NCBI GenBank assembly: GCA_002633005.1
Contig: NMRA01000557.1
Location: forward strand, 143,679-207,678
Length of the DNA stretch: 64,000 bases
Origin: Phoronis australis
Taxonomy: Eukaryota > Animalia > Phoronida
Direction: 5' to 3'
The notes below the pieces were generated by a model. The model did no database searches and was not told the DNA's origin. It worked only from the letters and a program-made list of their open reading frames with translations. Positions 51,201 through 64,000 of this stretch are shown piece after piece; position 1 is the stretch's first letter; each line of letters opens with the position of its first letter. The position numbers and the translations under genes are program-made.

Positions 51201-54200
51201 TCAATTTGCGTTGGTACATTTCAATTCTTAAATGAATAAAAGAAACACTTCTGACGGAAAATGACACTGATCATTTTCATAAACTCTTGTAAAGGGCTAG
51301 AGAACAATTTTCACTGAGTTAACTTCGAAATCACCACTCAGTATTTGTTTGACAGTACAAATGTACTGTGTCATCTGGATATTTTCTCCGATTGCTTGAT
51401 CGCCTTATGCATGTAGCGATAATTTTGATATCGCTTTCTAGTTTCGGCAAAGTTTCGGTCAGTGCTGTCCCACTAAATGCGAAAATTCGCTTTTAACGAA
51501 GTTTTGGTAAAAGGAAAAGGTTGTCGCCGGTATTACTCATGAAAGCCAAACTTAGCTGAAAATAGTATGATTTAAAAGCGAAATTTCGGCACTCGCAGAA
51601 ACTGCGGAAAGATGAGAGCGAAATATCGGCGAACTTATAGCTAAAACGGTCGCAGCAACGATATAAGATGGCACGAAACTCATTGAGATAGATATCCGGC
51701 AAAAGGTGTTCTTTGTTACGTTGGTACATTTCAATTCCCAAATAAACAAAACAATGCAAATCTTATAAAGAAAGACACTGATAATTTTCATAAACAATGG
51801 TAAATGGCTTATTTTAAGTTTGCATCGAACACACCACTCAATATCCATTTGAGAATACGAATGTACTGCGACGTCCGGAAAACTTTCACGATGACTATTG
51901 CTGTCTATAGTAGGAAAGGTAATCGAAATTTCGGCAAAGCTTCCCTAAACCGAAGTTCGTCATGGAAACGGGAACTAAATAGAATGTGTGAACATCACTC
52001 TTTCCGCGATATTTCGCTGAATCGAAATCACTTGTGTCAAACAGAAACATACTGCCACTCCATTGTTGTTCCTGTAATTTTGACTAGAGAAATAGGAAAA
52101 AATATCACATGGATACAGGAAAGGCCACAGAAGTTATTCAACAGCAAACCAAAGCAAGTTGGCATAAACATATCTGAAATCTATTTGAAGTAATGTGATG
52201 CTAGTATAAAATAAATTCGAAACGAACATGGATTTTAGGAAAACATTCAATTAAAAAGACAACTTAGTATTAAACTACAATACAAAAATAACTTGAATTT
52301 GTCATTATTCACTCCAACATATGGGTTGACTGATTTTGGGGGTCATGAAAAGCCGAATAACGGACCAAAACCAACTCAAACAAAAATGTGATAAAATTAC
52401 AATATTGATGTACAACTTAATTTTGATTAAATGCATATGATTCTGGCCTATAAACGATTATACATGTACGTCTTAAGAGACTTATGTTTATGCTGTGATA
52501 ACTGCTTTGTTAATGTTTCTTTGTTTTCTTTTTCTTCAACGACAAGACTTTTAAATGAAGTCGTACTTTTTAAAATTTCGTTTTTGTTCTCATAGCTACA
52601 TGTATGGCTTGTTGATAGGTTGATGGCATTGAGCATCGCAGAAAAATGTTTCATATCTTTTAATCCTTTCTGTTTAGTTCATTTCCATTTAATTAATATA
52701 ATGATTTTTTCCAAACCAAAACGATTAGGCACATTGTCTGCAATGAAATCTAACATAAATGAGTGTGAGAAACCGGATGATCACCACCAGATGCCACTTT
52801 TATGACCATAGGATACTGTGACTTGCTGTTATGCGAATCAAATACTGCGAGCACCGATTTTGTAGCTGATCTTAATTAGCGATATATGATAAATTCTGTC
52901 GGACTTTGCCACCATCTCCTGTTCTCTCACATAAAACTATTTTTGCCATTATGGATCCACAATCTCAACTCCTCCTGGTACTTTGCTTTGTGCAATCTCT
53001 CCCAGAAAAAAGTTTCATGTTGGCAAATTGCTGTTCACAACTTGGCATGTTTGAAACTCTTGTTACATTCAATCCGCAGATTTCAAAAATAAAAAGGCTG
53101 TGTATACCCTGAGTGCCAAAATCTAGTACGACCGGAACTGATGTATCATAAAAGGAATTATCAATCAGTTGAGTTATTAGTTAGTGAGTGCATGTGTAAA
53201 TGCTAAGGAAAGGTGACTGAAGAGCAAATAAATAATGTTATTGTCATAAATAAGCGTGTTAGCATCGTCTAACAAACAATTATTACACTTGATAGTTGCA
53301 GGTCCCAATTCACACCGTCACAACAAATAATAAACGGCGACACAAAAGGTGTGCTATGCTAAAAATGGGTTCCCAGAAACTGAGTGGATCTTGAAACAAT
53401 ACAGCTATAACCATGTGGATCATGACACTACGTTTTACGATTGACCACCGTGTAACTGACCCGTTTACTTCAACATTGTGTCAGAAGTTACGTTTGAACA
53501 TACATGTACAGTCAAAACAGATTGGGAAGTTTGATCATACACCCAAAACAGTTTGGGAAGTTTGGACGTACAGTCAAACCACAGTCTGGGAGAAAACACT
53601 ATAATGACGGTGGCAAGAGAATATCCAAAAGCCTCAAATGGATTTCTGCTATTGTCTTATTAACTGGGCACTGACATTTTGATGGTTACATATTGTAAGA
53701 TGCTACATTCAACCATGCAAAAAATTATATAATTCTGACATCAGACTATTTCTACTTTGTAAGGCCACCTTGATTCACTTCAGTCACTTTTTGGGATGCA
53801 TGTGGTGTTTTGCTCAAATTGAATCATCAAAAGTGCACAGTAAACGGAATCAAAGAAAATGCTTGACTTTTAGAGGTAAAAATAGAAAATTTCCTGGGCT
53901 GGAGGGGGGCAAACCCCCCTCCCGATCTCCCCCCATTCGGTGCTATGCGCATCTACAATTGTTCAGTTTGCGCAAATGTTTGCAGCCGGACAAAATGTTG
54001 GGCCCCCCTTGTGACATCCTAGATCCGCCACTGTTAGGTCACATGATCTCAAATACATCTTTAACTTATGTTTGTAGGGATGAGGCAAAGACAAGACGAG
54101 GAGAAAAACGGTTCTTATTAATTCTGACAACAAACTGCAGGTGCAGACGGAATGGTGCTCGTCCTCAATAAGAAATAAAGTCGAAACTGCCTACGAATCT

Positions 54201-54649
54201 GTGCACGTCGGCCAACTTCAATTCTAAGTTTGTCATTAGAACACCTTAGTTGTGTCATCCAGACAGTTACACAACAGCAACAAGTATGGGAAAATATTTT
54301 GTTGGGGTAGAAGTTACATTCGTACATGTACATGTGGACGCAGTTTAATTATTAGTAAATTCATTATTAGTATTATAACCATCATACATGTATATCACTA
54401 TCCATAAAGTACTTCTGATTACAACAATGAAATTAATAATAATAACAATATCAATAACAATAATAATAATAATAATAAGTTTTATTTATAGAAGTTACGG
54501 GAATTGCACAATGCATTTGCCAATTAATGCACAACATGGTTGTCATGAGGTTCGAGAATATATAAGAAAAATAATTGTTTTACCAGTCGTAAAATCTAGA
54601 GACGTTAGAATTTCATTCAAATTAAATATGCACGCAAAAATATCACTTC

Positions 54650-54978
54650 TTAATTAACTTCAGGAAATAACGTGATTTGTACTACGAAAATGTTTCCTAT
54701 TACAACTGTTACACCGACTTGCAAATTACTAATTGGATCATTTTTGGTGTACATAGCACATAGCGAATGAAGTGGACCTACAGTGGACGGGATCTCACAA
54801 GACTTGTGCTTTAAGTAGCACATGTTACTCCGGTACATAAGAAACGCAGTGCAGTTATTATTGTGGTAACACGCTTGCGCACAGGAATCTTGATCATAGT
54901 GTCGGATTTCACGAATATCCTTTCCCATACAATCTCCGCACTTGACGTCATAACCAGACACTTCGATGGGAATGCAAA
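54650..54978 (-). CDS. PAN/Apple domain exon
   Basis: Polypyrimidine tract and AG at 54979; CGDCMGKDI...SCAQACYHNNNCTAFLMY...CYLKHKSC. Confidence 0.8.
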
Positions 54979-55466
54979 CTAAAAAGAAGCGATACATATA
55001 TTAGTATGAAGGTGATAATCGAATTTTCGAGTTGATTTTCAAATATTTTACTTGACAAAAAGACGCTGAGCATGAATCATTACTACAGTAGAAACGTCAT
55101 CCTCCGTCATTTCAACACCAGATTTGAGTTTTTTGTTTACTGATTAAAAACATTTTCTTACACTTGTATACGCATTTCATGCAATATAACGTTTTCTTAG
55201 AGACTAATATGTGGTTGAAAGGAAGTGAATCACTTCCAAATGCAAAATTAGACATATAGATTTGCAGCTTTCGTTGAATGCACAACCATGTTAGGAAAAG
55301 GCGTACTTATTTGTGATTTTTCCTGCTCGATGACTTGTTTTTCGTATGATTTTTGATTATTAATAGAACGAGTGCACTACAGAAATTGTTGGTGCCTCTT
55401 CGGATGTGCCTTTTTCATGCGGGAGGAAGACCTGGCTGCTGCAAGCGTATCTCATACAAACAGCTA

Positions 55467-55569
55467 TTATTAAAATCTCTTGGTCTATTTACACCGACCT
55501 CTAGTCTATTGACAATGTAAATAGACTAGAGTTCGGTGTACATGTAAATAGACCAAGAGATTTTAATAA
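55467..55569. repeat. Near-perfect palindrome of about 100 bp
   Basis: TTATTAAAATCTCTTGGTCTATTTACA...TGTAAATAGACCAAGAGATTTTAATAA. Confidence 0.85.
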
Positions 55570-57087
55570 CAATTGTTATACGCCACCACCTGAGAGCAGT
55601 TTTAGAAAGTCATACAAACAGGTCAATATGAAAACTGTTATGGAATCCACATTAGCAGAATAAAAAATAGTGTATGAACTTTTTGACGTTACGTGAGTAT
55701 GCAGCTCAGATACATGGCCATATTCGCTACAGAAGGGTGCACTTGACAGGTCATGAGTCTACTATAAAGAGTCAATTTTGCGTACCTTATAACAATCGAT
55801 TTTTGCAGGGGACAAATATTTTTTAAATTTCAATAGAAGGAAGAAAGTGTTGTGTACATGGAGGGCTAATTCGTTTTACAAAGGAGGTATCATATCTCGC
55901 ACTTCATTTCTCTGTTCGTAGGCTTTATGGTGACTACTCTCTAAAATGGTGGGATTCCAATTTTAAAGATAAAATAATGAGGTGCTTCCCGTATACGCAA
56001 CAATACTGAGTTTTTCCAAACTTGGTAGCTACCGCCAGAGACAAGAGAAGCTCGTGCACTGTCAATTTGCCCCTCCCCCCGCCATTGTCGCGACACGGCT
56101 TCAGACCTGAACACCGTATGATATAACCACGTTTTATCACACACACGCGTAAACACAGACATCTTATTTGCCGTAAAATGCGCCGGGAAATACGGGAATG
56201 TAGAGCCAATCTGTACATAATGGTGAACGCTGTATTTTAAGTTTGGTGCGCACTCTCCTGGTGGAGTTAATTCGCTTGTACTACCTCAAATTTAATAGGA
56301 TGCATTTATTTGTGTTATCTAAAACATTGATTCACGGCGTCATTCCAGAAAAACCAGTTTTGGTACTCTCAAAACTATAAATTGTCAGCAGAGATTTACT
56401 ATGTTCCACCAAGTGCCACAGAGTTAACAAATACAAATATTACTTGATGTAGGTAGTTCATGGTACATGTATATTCCGACAGATCGAAATAAGCTCCCAT
56501 TGCACACGCGGGAAGATCGCGAACGGAGCGACACACACACTCCTAGGCATCCTAGTGGCAAAAATAAATGGGCAAGTCCCCGTTGAATGTACCGTACATG
56601 TAATTCAAAAGCGGAACCAAATAACCGCAAAATAAATGCTCTGTGTTAATGACTGAATTGATTTAGTTGCCTTTTTAAAACGTCGATAAAACCGCGTGCA
56701 TTCGATTTCATGAACCCGTTAATGTAGACATCGTGCCGCTGTACTAATCTAAATTATTACATTAACAGGTATGCACCCAAACCTACATAAGTGGTTTCTC
56801 TGTTCGCAAAGATCAGTTGTCACTATTTGAGAACATACTGATCGCAATGTATTCAAAGTCAGAAGCTCATTCCTGTAATGGAAAAACAATTTTATAGCTA
56901 CTTTAAATATAAGCTTCCAAAATTAGTCTCATTCACACAAATTGAGGTGGATGAGATTTACTTAATATGCATGCTGGTGGTATTCAAATAACTCTTGGGT
57001 TTGCGGTTTCACGTGGCATCATACCTGCCGGTGTGCAGCTTCCTGGAACGAATAGTCTTTTCTCATAATAATTCCACTCAGCCTCAA

Positions 57088-57396
57088 TTAGCTGTAATTT
57101 TGCTCTTCTCCGGGGTGCTGCAAGTTGTAATTGGCCCTGAACATCTGACATTCCCAACGCTGCATGGAATAGACAAAAGCATCACACATCTTTTCAGTAA
57201 AACAAGCAGATGCGCACCCGAGCGGCCATGAAATGGAGCTTGAGAACAACACGGTATTTGCAGCAACTTTTCCTTTTTTAACTTCGAAGAACTGGCCACA
57301 AGTGTCACTGTGGCATGGGGCATTAAACGTAATCAAAGCTAGAAAAACTTTCAAAGAAAAAATCCATAACAAATCCATGCTGATCTTGAAATCCAT
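57088..57396 (-). CDS. Signal peptide plus PAN/Apple domain (first exon ORF)
   Basis: Hydrophobic leader MDLLWIFSLKVFLALITFNAPCHS; CxxxC-x5-CxxFxY-x6-C pattern. Confidence 0.7.
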   Translation of the reverse strand: MDFKISMDLLWIFSLKVFLALITFNAPCHSDTCGQFFEVKKGKVAANTVLFSSSISWPLGCASACFTEKMCDAFVYSMQRWECQMFRANYNLQHPGEEQNYS

Positions 57397-58115
57397 GCTT
57401 GGAACGTAAAAACGATAATGCACTCTCTCAATACATAAAATCAGACAATTTAATCAAAATCCTTGCTCGAATCTGACGGTCTTCCCGAAGTTTCGTTTTT
57501 TCAGCATTCAAACAATATTTTAAGGACTGTGACTCATGACAAAGGTATTTGAAACATAAGCAACCAAACAACCTTTAACACTATTCCCGTGAAATGCTTA
57601 CGGAGAAACAAAGGTTTGTATTGGGCGTAGATTGGGACCGTAAAACAAAATCAATACCGAAAGTTGGTCAGTCAACTGTGACATTACGTACTTACTTATT
57701 TGCCTTTCTCTTGACAATTAACGGAAGTAGCTTTTTTAATGAAGATCAACAGACCTTTGCCGTTAAAGAGGCATAGAACGTGAAAATTCACCAAAAATGA
57801 CTTTCGAAACACAAAAAAAACATCTGGCAACATTTATTACAGCGTTATTCACTTTCCCTGAGACGGAATTTCGAGTAAGAAGTTCTAACATTTCAACTTT
57901 CAAAATATCCTGGAAGGAAAAGCTCTGTAATCACCACAGAGTTTATAATTTACGTCCCAGTTATGATAAAAGCGCACATGCGCTCACAGCCGACTGCCAA
58001 GATATATATTAATATCAAGAATTTCTGGTGCAATCCTAACAAGAAAGTCTCAAGTAAACATCATCCCCATTTTAAATGGAAGGAGATAGTTTGAATAAAT
58101 TATTGTAAAGAGTGC

Positions 58116-58670
58116 GGTACAATTGGAGACACGACAAGGCATTAGAAGTGGTAGGACACCTAGAGAAGGCTCTGAAGAAGGACCGAAGTGTGACAAGAGG
58201 CCCGGGATGCACTGGTTTCGTACGCAAAGGAGGTGATACCAGGAAACAACATGGGAGAAGCGGCATTTCGGATACATACAGCAGGTTATTGAACATTAAC
58301 GTTGGACTTGCATAAGCGATTATTTTTCCATCCGAAGTAGTAGGACGAGAACAACCTTCGTCCAGACGTGGAAATGCAGTCGACACTAACCGAGCAAGTG
58401 GTACTGCTAGAGCTGACTGTGCGTATGAGGGAAAATTACAAGAGGAAGAGAGAAAAATAGAGAGAGCTGGTTGAAAAGTACCAGAAGAACGACTGGAGAG
58501 TGTGGTGTTTTCCGGTGAAAGTTGGATGCAGAGGTTTCGTGGTACAATCTATTCGGCGAACGCTACGTAGATGTTTACTGGGTATTACAGGGAGAGAGAG
58601 GAAGAAAGTGGTGGATGACATGGGTTACCAGGCTAAAAGAGCTTCGCAGAGGTTGTAGATAATGAGGAAC
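58116..58670 (+). mobile_element. 3' fragment of an RLE-type non-LTR retrotransposon (Hero/NeSL-like)
   Basis: YNWRHD, RPD, ELTV, K..Y, PV.VGCRGFV motifs of the restriction-like endonuclease; degenerate. Confidence 0.75.
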
Positions 58671-59221
58671 AGTGCTTGTCATACCGTGAATAATACGCTT
58701 ACAAGGAAGTCGCGCATTNTATTGGGCGTAGATTGGGACCGTAAAACAAAATCAATACCGAGTGTTGGTCAGTCAACTGTGACATTACGTACTTACTTAT
58801 TTGCCTTTCTCTTGACAATTAACGGAAGTAGCTTTTTTAATGAAGATCAACAGACCTTTGCCGTTAAAGAGGCATAGAACGTGAAAATTCACCAAAAATG
58901 ACTTTCGAAACACAAAAAAAAAAACATCTGGCAACATTTATTACAGCGTTATTCACTTTCCCTGAGACGGAATTTCGAGTAAAAAGTTTTAACATTTCAA
59001 CTTTCAAAATATCCTGGAAGGAAAAGCTCTGTAATCACCACAGAGTTTATAATTTACCTCCCAGTTATGATAAAAGCCCACATGCGCTCACGGCCGACTG
59101 CCAAGATATATATATTAATATCAAGAATTTCTGGTGCAATCCTAACAAGAAAGTCTCAAGTAAACATCATCCCCATTTTAAATTGAAGGAGATAGTTTGA
59201 ATAAATTATTGTAAGGAGTGC

Positions 59222-59776
59222 TGTACAATTGGAGACACGACAAGGCATTAGAAGTGGTAGGACACCTAGAGAAGGCTCTGAAGAAGGACCGAAGTGTGAC
59301 AAGAGGCCCGGGATGCACTGGTTTCGTATGCAAAGGAGGTGATACCAGGAAACAACATGGGAGAAGCGGCATTTCGGATACATACAGCAGGTTATTGAAC
59401 ATTAACGTTGGACTTGCATAAGCGATTATTTTTCCATCCGAAGTAGTAGGACGAGAACAACCTTCGTCCAGACGTGGAAATGCAGTCGACACTAACCGAG
59501 CAAGTGGTACTGCTAGAGCTGACTGTGCGTATGAGGGAAAATTACAAGAGGAAGAGAGAAAAATAGAGAGAGCTGGTTGAAAAGTACCAGAAGAACGACT
59601 GGAGAGTGTGGTGTTTTCCGGTGAAAGTTGGATGCAGAGGTTTCGTGGTACAATCTATTCGGCGAACGCTACGTAGATGTTTACTGGGTATTACAGGGAG
59701 AGAGAGGAAGAAAGTGGTGGATGACATGGGTTACCAGGCTAAAAGAGCTTCGCAGAGGTTGTAGATAATGAGGAAC
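59222..59776 (+). mobile_element. Second copy of the RLE-type retroelement fragment
   Basis: Near-identical to 58116-58670 inside the 1.1-kb duplication. Confidence 0.7.
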
Positions 59777-62700
59777 AGTGCTTGTCATACCGTGAATAAT
59801 ACGCTTACAAGGAAGTCGCGCATTTCTAAAGATATGCGGGAATTTTCACCTCTCGTCCTTCTGAGCGGCTTGTACCAGGATCAAAGAGAGCGCGGCGCCG
59901 GAATCAGGTACACTTGTGATGACCGCATTGCCCGATGCGAGCAAGATCCAATTTAATGTAATTATCCGACCATAAACTGTATTAGACATCTCTGCCTGTA
60001 CATAATGGCGAATTTTCAAAATGCAGCACCACTAATTTTCGTTTAAACGAACACCACGGTGGTATTCAGCTGGGAAAAAAACAACCAAGTACGGTTTTTG
60101 ATTTTTAGAAATCGATTAACTAATAATATAAAAACTACAACCGTTGCGTACGTATTGATATACTCGGTGGATATACAAACGCTGATCAGAATTAACAATG
60201 TCACATGGATTCATTTTTTAATATTCTTTCAATCTCTTTTAACCAGATTTTGACCAGGAAACAGTTGTTGTGGCAACTTTTCATTTTTTATTACTAACAA
60301 AGAGCCACAATAGTTATATAGTCAGTGACACCAAAGTTGTCCTGAGATTCTAAATATTCAGATTGGTTATCACAATATTTGCACTTCTGTATTTAATTTA
60401 TGATATGAGTGCCAATATAGATTAAACTTTAATGACACGTGAAATGTTTAGTGTACCTGTAATGTGGTAAGTTTAGGGATAGGCTCACAATGAACTTAAC
60501 TAATCTTATTAATTGAAGCTGGCTATCAAAATCTATCCCTGTTTTGGTACTTCAAGCTCGAAGCTTAGATAAAAAATTATCAACCCGTTTCCGGTAAGAA
60601 AAAAAAACAGTGGCCAAAAGCATTAAAAATTGAATAAAGAAAACCAATATGAAACTAATCGTTCCTTTGGGAAGTGGCCCTTTGTGAAGATAAACACAAG
60701 TTAACCTTTTTAGTCATTTTGTAATATTGATAATGTACCAAGTTAAAAGTACGCTCCAGAGTTGCAGGCTATATAACTCTGCAAATATCAGAGAAAACCA
60801 AATTGGGGGTACTAACAACAACCATTGTTGAGACAGTAATGCTAGCAATTACCTTTCCACTTCATTAGCTCAGATCTACTTCAATACAATTAAAGGGCGT
60901 GCTGAATAGGCATCGTAAAAGTTGTCTGGGGGTTAGGGAATCAGAGCGGTCACCAGTACGGTAATCGAGAAATTCTCCACTTGAGTGGAAAGGAAAGGTC
61001 TTGCGTCCCTGAAACTGTTGGAGCGAATTACTGTATATCTAAAGCAAATACCAATATACAGTTCTGATCACATCGTTTGGTGCATCTCTGGAGGCTGTTG
61101 TGGACAGCGCCGAAACAGCCAAGGAAGGAGGATTTTCACCTGATGACAAAACTGTCGTCGACACACCAGATGTTTTCAAGTAACTCAATACTTCAACACG
61201 TCATTACGTAACGTTCTGTGTCTGTTGCGCATTGACATTGTTACTGAATACAAGACGAGGAACTCCGGATTACCAAACGTACGTCCTGTGTAGTTCAAAG
61301 GGACGAGGCAGTGAATCCGCCAAAATTCTCCTCTCAACTGAATTTCTAGCATACATGTACACGTGAAATAAAATGTTACTTTTTCTGATTTATTGAAATA
61401 TACAATATAATGTTTTAGTGGGCTTCAAAATCTCACCATCCATCTAGTAAATGTATATTTCTACAACTCTGCTTTTACACTGTAGGTCAGTGTGCTTTAG
61501 AATTCTGTCAATTTGTTGCCAGTGTATAAGTTAGTAAATTTTCAAATCAACATGGTAAATCAATCTCATGTAGAATTCATTTACATGTAGTTAATTCGTT
61601 AACCCTGACACTTACTACTCTTTCGGTAACTATGTCATGTGGCTTTTCTCATTACAAAAGGCTACTTGTTTTATTTTTGTTGCATTTTATATTGCCTTGT
61701 CTTGCTTAATATTTAGTGTTTGTTTTCCGTGGCATATACATATCGTGGTGTGCATGTATAGAAATATTTTCCTCAAGTGTTTCACGTTAAGACTCATGAG
61801 TCAATACTATGCTTTAGTTAGGTGCGGACGACTATCCCTATTTGTTCACTTTTTAACGTATGCTACTTAATATCTAATTTTTGTGATCTTTGTCCATTTT
61901 TGTACTGACTTACATGACAGACTTTACGTGCAGTTGCAGCAGGAAGTTGAATGTTTATCAATACTTGTTGCCACGATTGATTTTCAAAAGGACGGAGAAA
62001 CAACCAAGATATCTATTCGCATGAGGCAACTTAGTGGACGATCTGGAGAACACTGTATCTGTTGATTGCTTTATAAACTGTAAGTTTCAAGTAAATTGAA
62101 TTCCGCAAAGATTTTCAAACCGACAGCTGCTACACCTCTACGTCACGCATGTGCATGTCCCGCGTCTAAATTCACTGTGCGTCTTATATGATATTTGAAG
62201 GGAGATTACAGTGTCATTGACGTTGGTGTTTGAGGGATACTATCGGCGAGAAAAGTAATTTTCTCGAACCTTCTCAGTGTCGATCAGCGAATGGTTAGCA
62301 GAAAGACGATTTGTAACAAAATCGCAAAAACCATAACGGAAATTGTTGTTTGGTAGCACTTGTCAAAGATAATTACATGTACTTCTGAAAGTCAATCTAC
62401 CATCCTACAATTATCTCAAAAATGTTGTAGTGTTATTACTTTGGAAAATACATAGATTTCGTTTCACTCAATTTCGACTACTGTGGAATTCACTAGTCGC
62501 AATTTTGCTTTTTTGCGTGTAATGTCTTGTAAGTTCCTTGGTGGATATTCATGAAATTGGACTAATAAGTTGCCATCGCGTTGACGGCAGAACTTGATTT
62601 ACGAAAGCAGTTGTCTCTATCTCATCTAACACCTTCAGCCAAGCCCATGATTTATAGAGATTAGCTGACTTCAGTCCTTGGCGACCTCATCAGGTCTTTG

Positions 62701-63186
62701 ATGTGTCCAGCAGTTTGCTGGATACTATGGGAGTTGAACGTTGCACACATTCCGCCAGCTTGCTTGCATATCCTGTTAGCGCAAGATTTGCTTAATGTAA
62801 GACCAAGAAGCTGTTGATGCTGTTCCCTGATGTCCACTGGTACTGTATCCTATGACTGATAAACATGGTCATGTAAAGTGATTTGTGGCACTAGTGCCGC
62901 AATGCTAAATCATCTCTGGTCCCGTTACGTGTTTTTATTCTGTTTTCGTCCGGGCATATACAAAACATACTTTGTTGTGAATGTTCAGCATTTTTTAAAT
63001 CTGTTGTCCCATGGTAGCTACATTGTATATTGAGAAGAGATCAAAGGTTGAAAAGTGAACTATGAATTGCCATAAATACTTTACATAATAAGTTCTAGAA
63101 ACGGAATATCTGTTCTTCTTAATTCACAGTACAAACTGCAGTTTTGATTGGATTACAACAAAAATGATAATGGCTAAACGATATGT

Positions 63187-63264
63187 ATAACAATAATGAT
63201 AACAACAACAATACTACTACTACTACTACTATTACTATTACTACTACTAGTAATAATAATAGTA

Positions 63265-63302
<38 letters not shown>

Positions 63303-63399
63303 GATGATGATGAGAATAATGATGATGATGAGGATGATGATGATGTTGATGATGATGAGGATGATGATGATGAGGATGATGATGATGATGATGATGATG

Positions 63400-63430
<31 letters not shown>

Positions 63431-63610
63431 GAATGATGATGATGATGANAGGATGATGATGATGAAGATGAGGATGATGATGATGATGATGATGATAATG
63501 ACGATGATGATGATGATGATGAGGAGGAGGAGGATGATGATGATGAAGATGATGATGAGGAGGATGATGATGATCATGATAATGATAATAATAATATTAA
63601 TAATAATAAA
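63187..63610. repeat. Compound trinucleotide microsatellite (AAC/TAC/TAA/GAT)n with an N at 63449
   Basis: Direct reading; source of the poly-D/M/I/S ORFs. Confidence 0.95.
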
Positions 63611-63852
63611 TTGTGTTCATGAATGTTACAGGAGTTGCACCACGCGTTTTCCAAATAACGTACAACATTATGGTTAATAGGTTTGAATAAATTAAGAAAA
63701 ATGAATGGCATTTTACAAGTAGCAAAATCTAGTGACGTTGAGAGCTTGTTCAATGTACGCATTTCATTTCGTCTTTATTCACTTCAGAAAAAAAATACGA
63801 CTCTGCGAAAATATTTTCTATACCAACACTTTCTTGGGGACTAATTGATTTA

Positions 63853-64000
63853 TTATTTAGTGTAGACAACGCACAATGAGTCGACGGGACCTTCAGTAGT
63901 CGGGATCTCACACGACTTGTACTTTAAGTGGCACGCCGTTCCTTTACACAGAACAAATGCCACGCAGTTATTGTAGTTGTTACACATCCGCGCACAGGAA
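63853..64000 (-). CDS. PAN/Apple domain terminal exon of a tandem paralog (partial)
   Basis: SCARMCNNYNNCVAFVLCKGTACHLKYKSCEIPTTEGPVDSLCVVYTK*, clearly similar to 54740-54890 at DNA and protein level. Confidence 0.8.
   Translation of the reverse strand, partial: SCARMCNNYNNCVAFVLCKGTACHLKYKSCEIPTTEGPVDSLCVVYTK

Larger units (their letters stand above)
54650..57396 (-). pseudogene. Secreted two-PAN/Apple-domain gene with apparent frameshift (pseudogene, truncated allele or sequencing error)
   Basis: Exon 57396-57025: signal peptide plus PAN domain (CASACFTEKMCDAFVY...C). The frame stops at 57088, while a shifted frame continues WNYYEK...CTPA into GTATGA in the phase needed by exon 54978-54650 (PAN: DC.GKDI...CAQACYHNNNCTAF...CYLK). 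Confidence 0.65.
57619..59825. repeat. Tandem duplication of about 1.1 kb (57619-58718 / 58720-59825) joined at an N
   Basis: Copies differ by a few substitutions and small indels; the junction is the single N at 58719. Confidence 0.9.

Noticed and set aside
61062-61183. Plus-strand exon-like stretch (LITSFGASLEAVVDSAE...)
   Set aside because: No recognisable homology, weak acceptor and no partner exons
63119-63677. Poly-Asp/Ser/Met/Ile ORFs resembling an acidic biomineral protein
   Set aside because: Open in several frames on both strands because of the (GAT)n microsatellite; no signal peptide; contains an N

Overview
Eukaryotic, AT-rich, intron-rich animal genomic DNA; a marine invertebrate such as a lophotrochozoan is my inference from the repeat content and gene families. 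Gene models were built by hand from splice signals and reading-frame phase. (1) RNF123/KPC1 E3 ligase on the minus strand: 22 coding exons from ATG 24148 down to 911 (746 codons), continuing past the window start. It has a U12-type AT-AC intron (5962-6742) and a probable GC-AG intron (11365-13328). (2) A divergently oriented 7-exon gene (28764-42451, about 767 aa) with two tandem BTB domains, BACK, degenerate kelch repeats, a CxxxCxHC motif and an acidic Tyr-rich tail. (3) Two minus-strand paralogs of a secreted PAN/Apple-domain gene: one apparently frameshifted (57396-54650), one entering at the window end. The rest is transposon-rich: a decayed I-group LINE, an ISL2EU/Harbinger-type transposase remnant, RLE retroelement fragments, piggyBac- and hAT-type non-autonomous elements, long foldback MITEs and simple repeats. 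A 1.1-kb duplication around an N looks like an assembly artefact. No prokaryotic-type system (CRISPR, operon) is present.
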